Assembly: GCF_009834535.1 (NCBI RefSeq)
Contig: NC_045697.1
Span: forward strand, 21,516,001-21,580,000
Direction of reading: 5' to 3'
Origin: Camelus ferus
Lineage: Eukaryota
Length of the DNA: 64,000 nt
In this document: positions 63,361-64,000 of the stretch, in pieces
How the letters are laid out: every line of letters begins with the position of its first letter
How positions within the stretch are numbered: position 1 is the stretch's first letter
Notes under the pieces: model-generated
Database searches by the model: none
What the model was told of the DNA's origin: nothing
What the model saw: the letters and a program-made list of their open reading frames with translations, nothing else
Program-made: the position numbers and the translations under genes

Positions 63361-64000
63361 AGATTGAGAAAGAATCAAGAGAAACACCATAATCAGAAGG
63401 ATAGAGGATGCTATAATGCAAGTTTCGTGGAGGCAGGCATATTTTGTTTTAATCATTATATCCCTTTGTCTAAGGACATTCTGATGTGTTATATGTATTC
63501 AATATTTGTTGAATAAATGTAAGAATTTAGAAAGCAATGCTTAAAGCAGTTTTGAATGACAACATCAATGTCAGGATATAGATTCAAGAAAAATAAAATT
63601 AAATTCTTCCACATGCATGACACACTTCAGTTTTTACAAAATTTCTGCTAACTATATTCACTGCCTTATCAATCAGTAAATAAAAGGGGTAACAGCAGTT
63701 TTTTGGGTCACTGTATAAGATAATGTAATCAAGGTAATGAAGAAGCAGAAATAACTTAAAATCAAGGAACACAGTAATAAACTGACTAATTATCAAAATG
63801 ACTTTCATGGAGAAGAAAAAATAACAAAAAGCACTCATTATAAATTTTGATCTGTAAGTAACAAAGGGAAAAACAAGAATTTCAAAAAAAATTAAGTATA
63901 CATTTAATGGTATAAAACTTCTATAAAAATTGGTTTTCTGTCACTTTATACAATAGTTATCCAACTGCAAAACTGTACAATAACAGCTTTCACATTTATT

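Overview
This is AT-rich, repeat-dense mammalian intronic or intergenic DNA, most likely from a camelid. The inference rests on two tRNA-Ala-derived Vic-1-type SINEs, artiodactyl-type L1s and no recognisable Alu, Bov-A/BovB or PRE1. I found no intact protein-coding gene. Most of the window is L1, L2, MIR, MaLR/ERV LTRs, DNA-transposon relics and microsatellites. The standout is a ~2.0 kb processed retrocopy at 51044-53068, with a poly(A) tail and target-site duplication (TSD), inserted in an old L1. It records a chimeric spliced mRNA: a GC/CpG-rich 5' exon of unknown origin, four non-consecutive TRAPPC9-derived exons, about six ANKRD26-family exons and an unrelated 3' exon. The TRAPPC9/ANKRD junction creates an ATG that opens a 110-aa ankyrin-repeat ORF. 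This implies a germline-transcribed TRAPPC9-ANKRD26-like fusion locus elsewhere in the genome. Other points: a tailless 35-nt U2 snRNA retropseudogene with a perfect 16-bp TSD, a rearranged L1 retaining both ends, nested insertions, a tandem duplication doubling an NF-kB motif, and a few unverified first-exon candidates. All repeat family names and gene homologies come from recalled consensus or protein sequences, not from searches.
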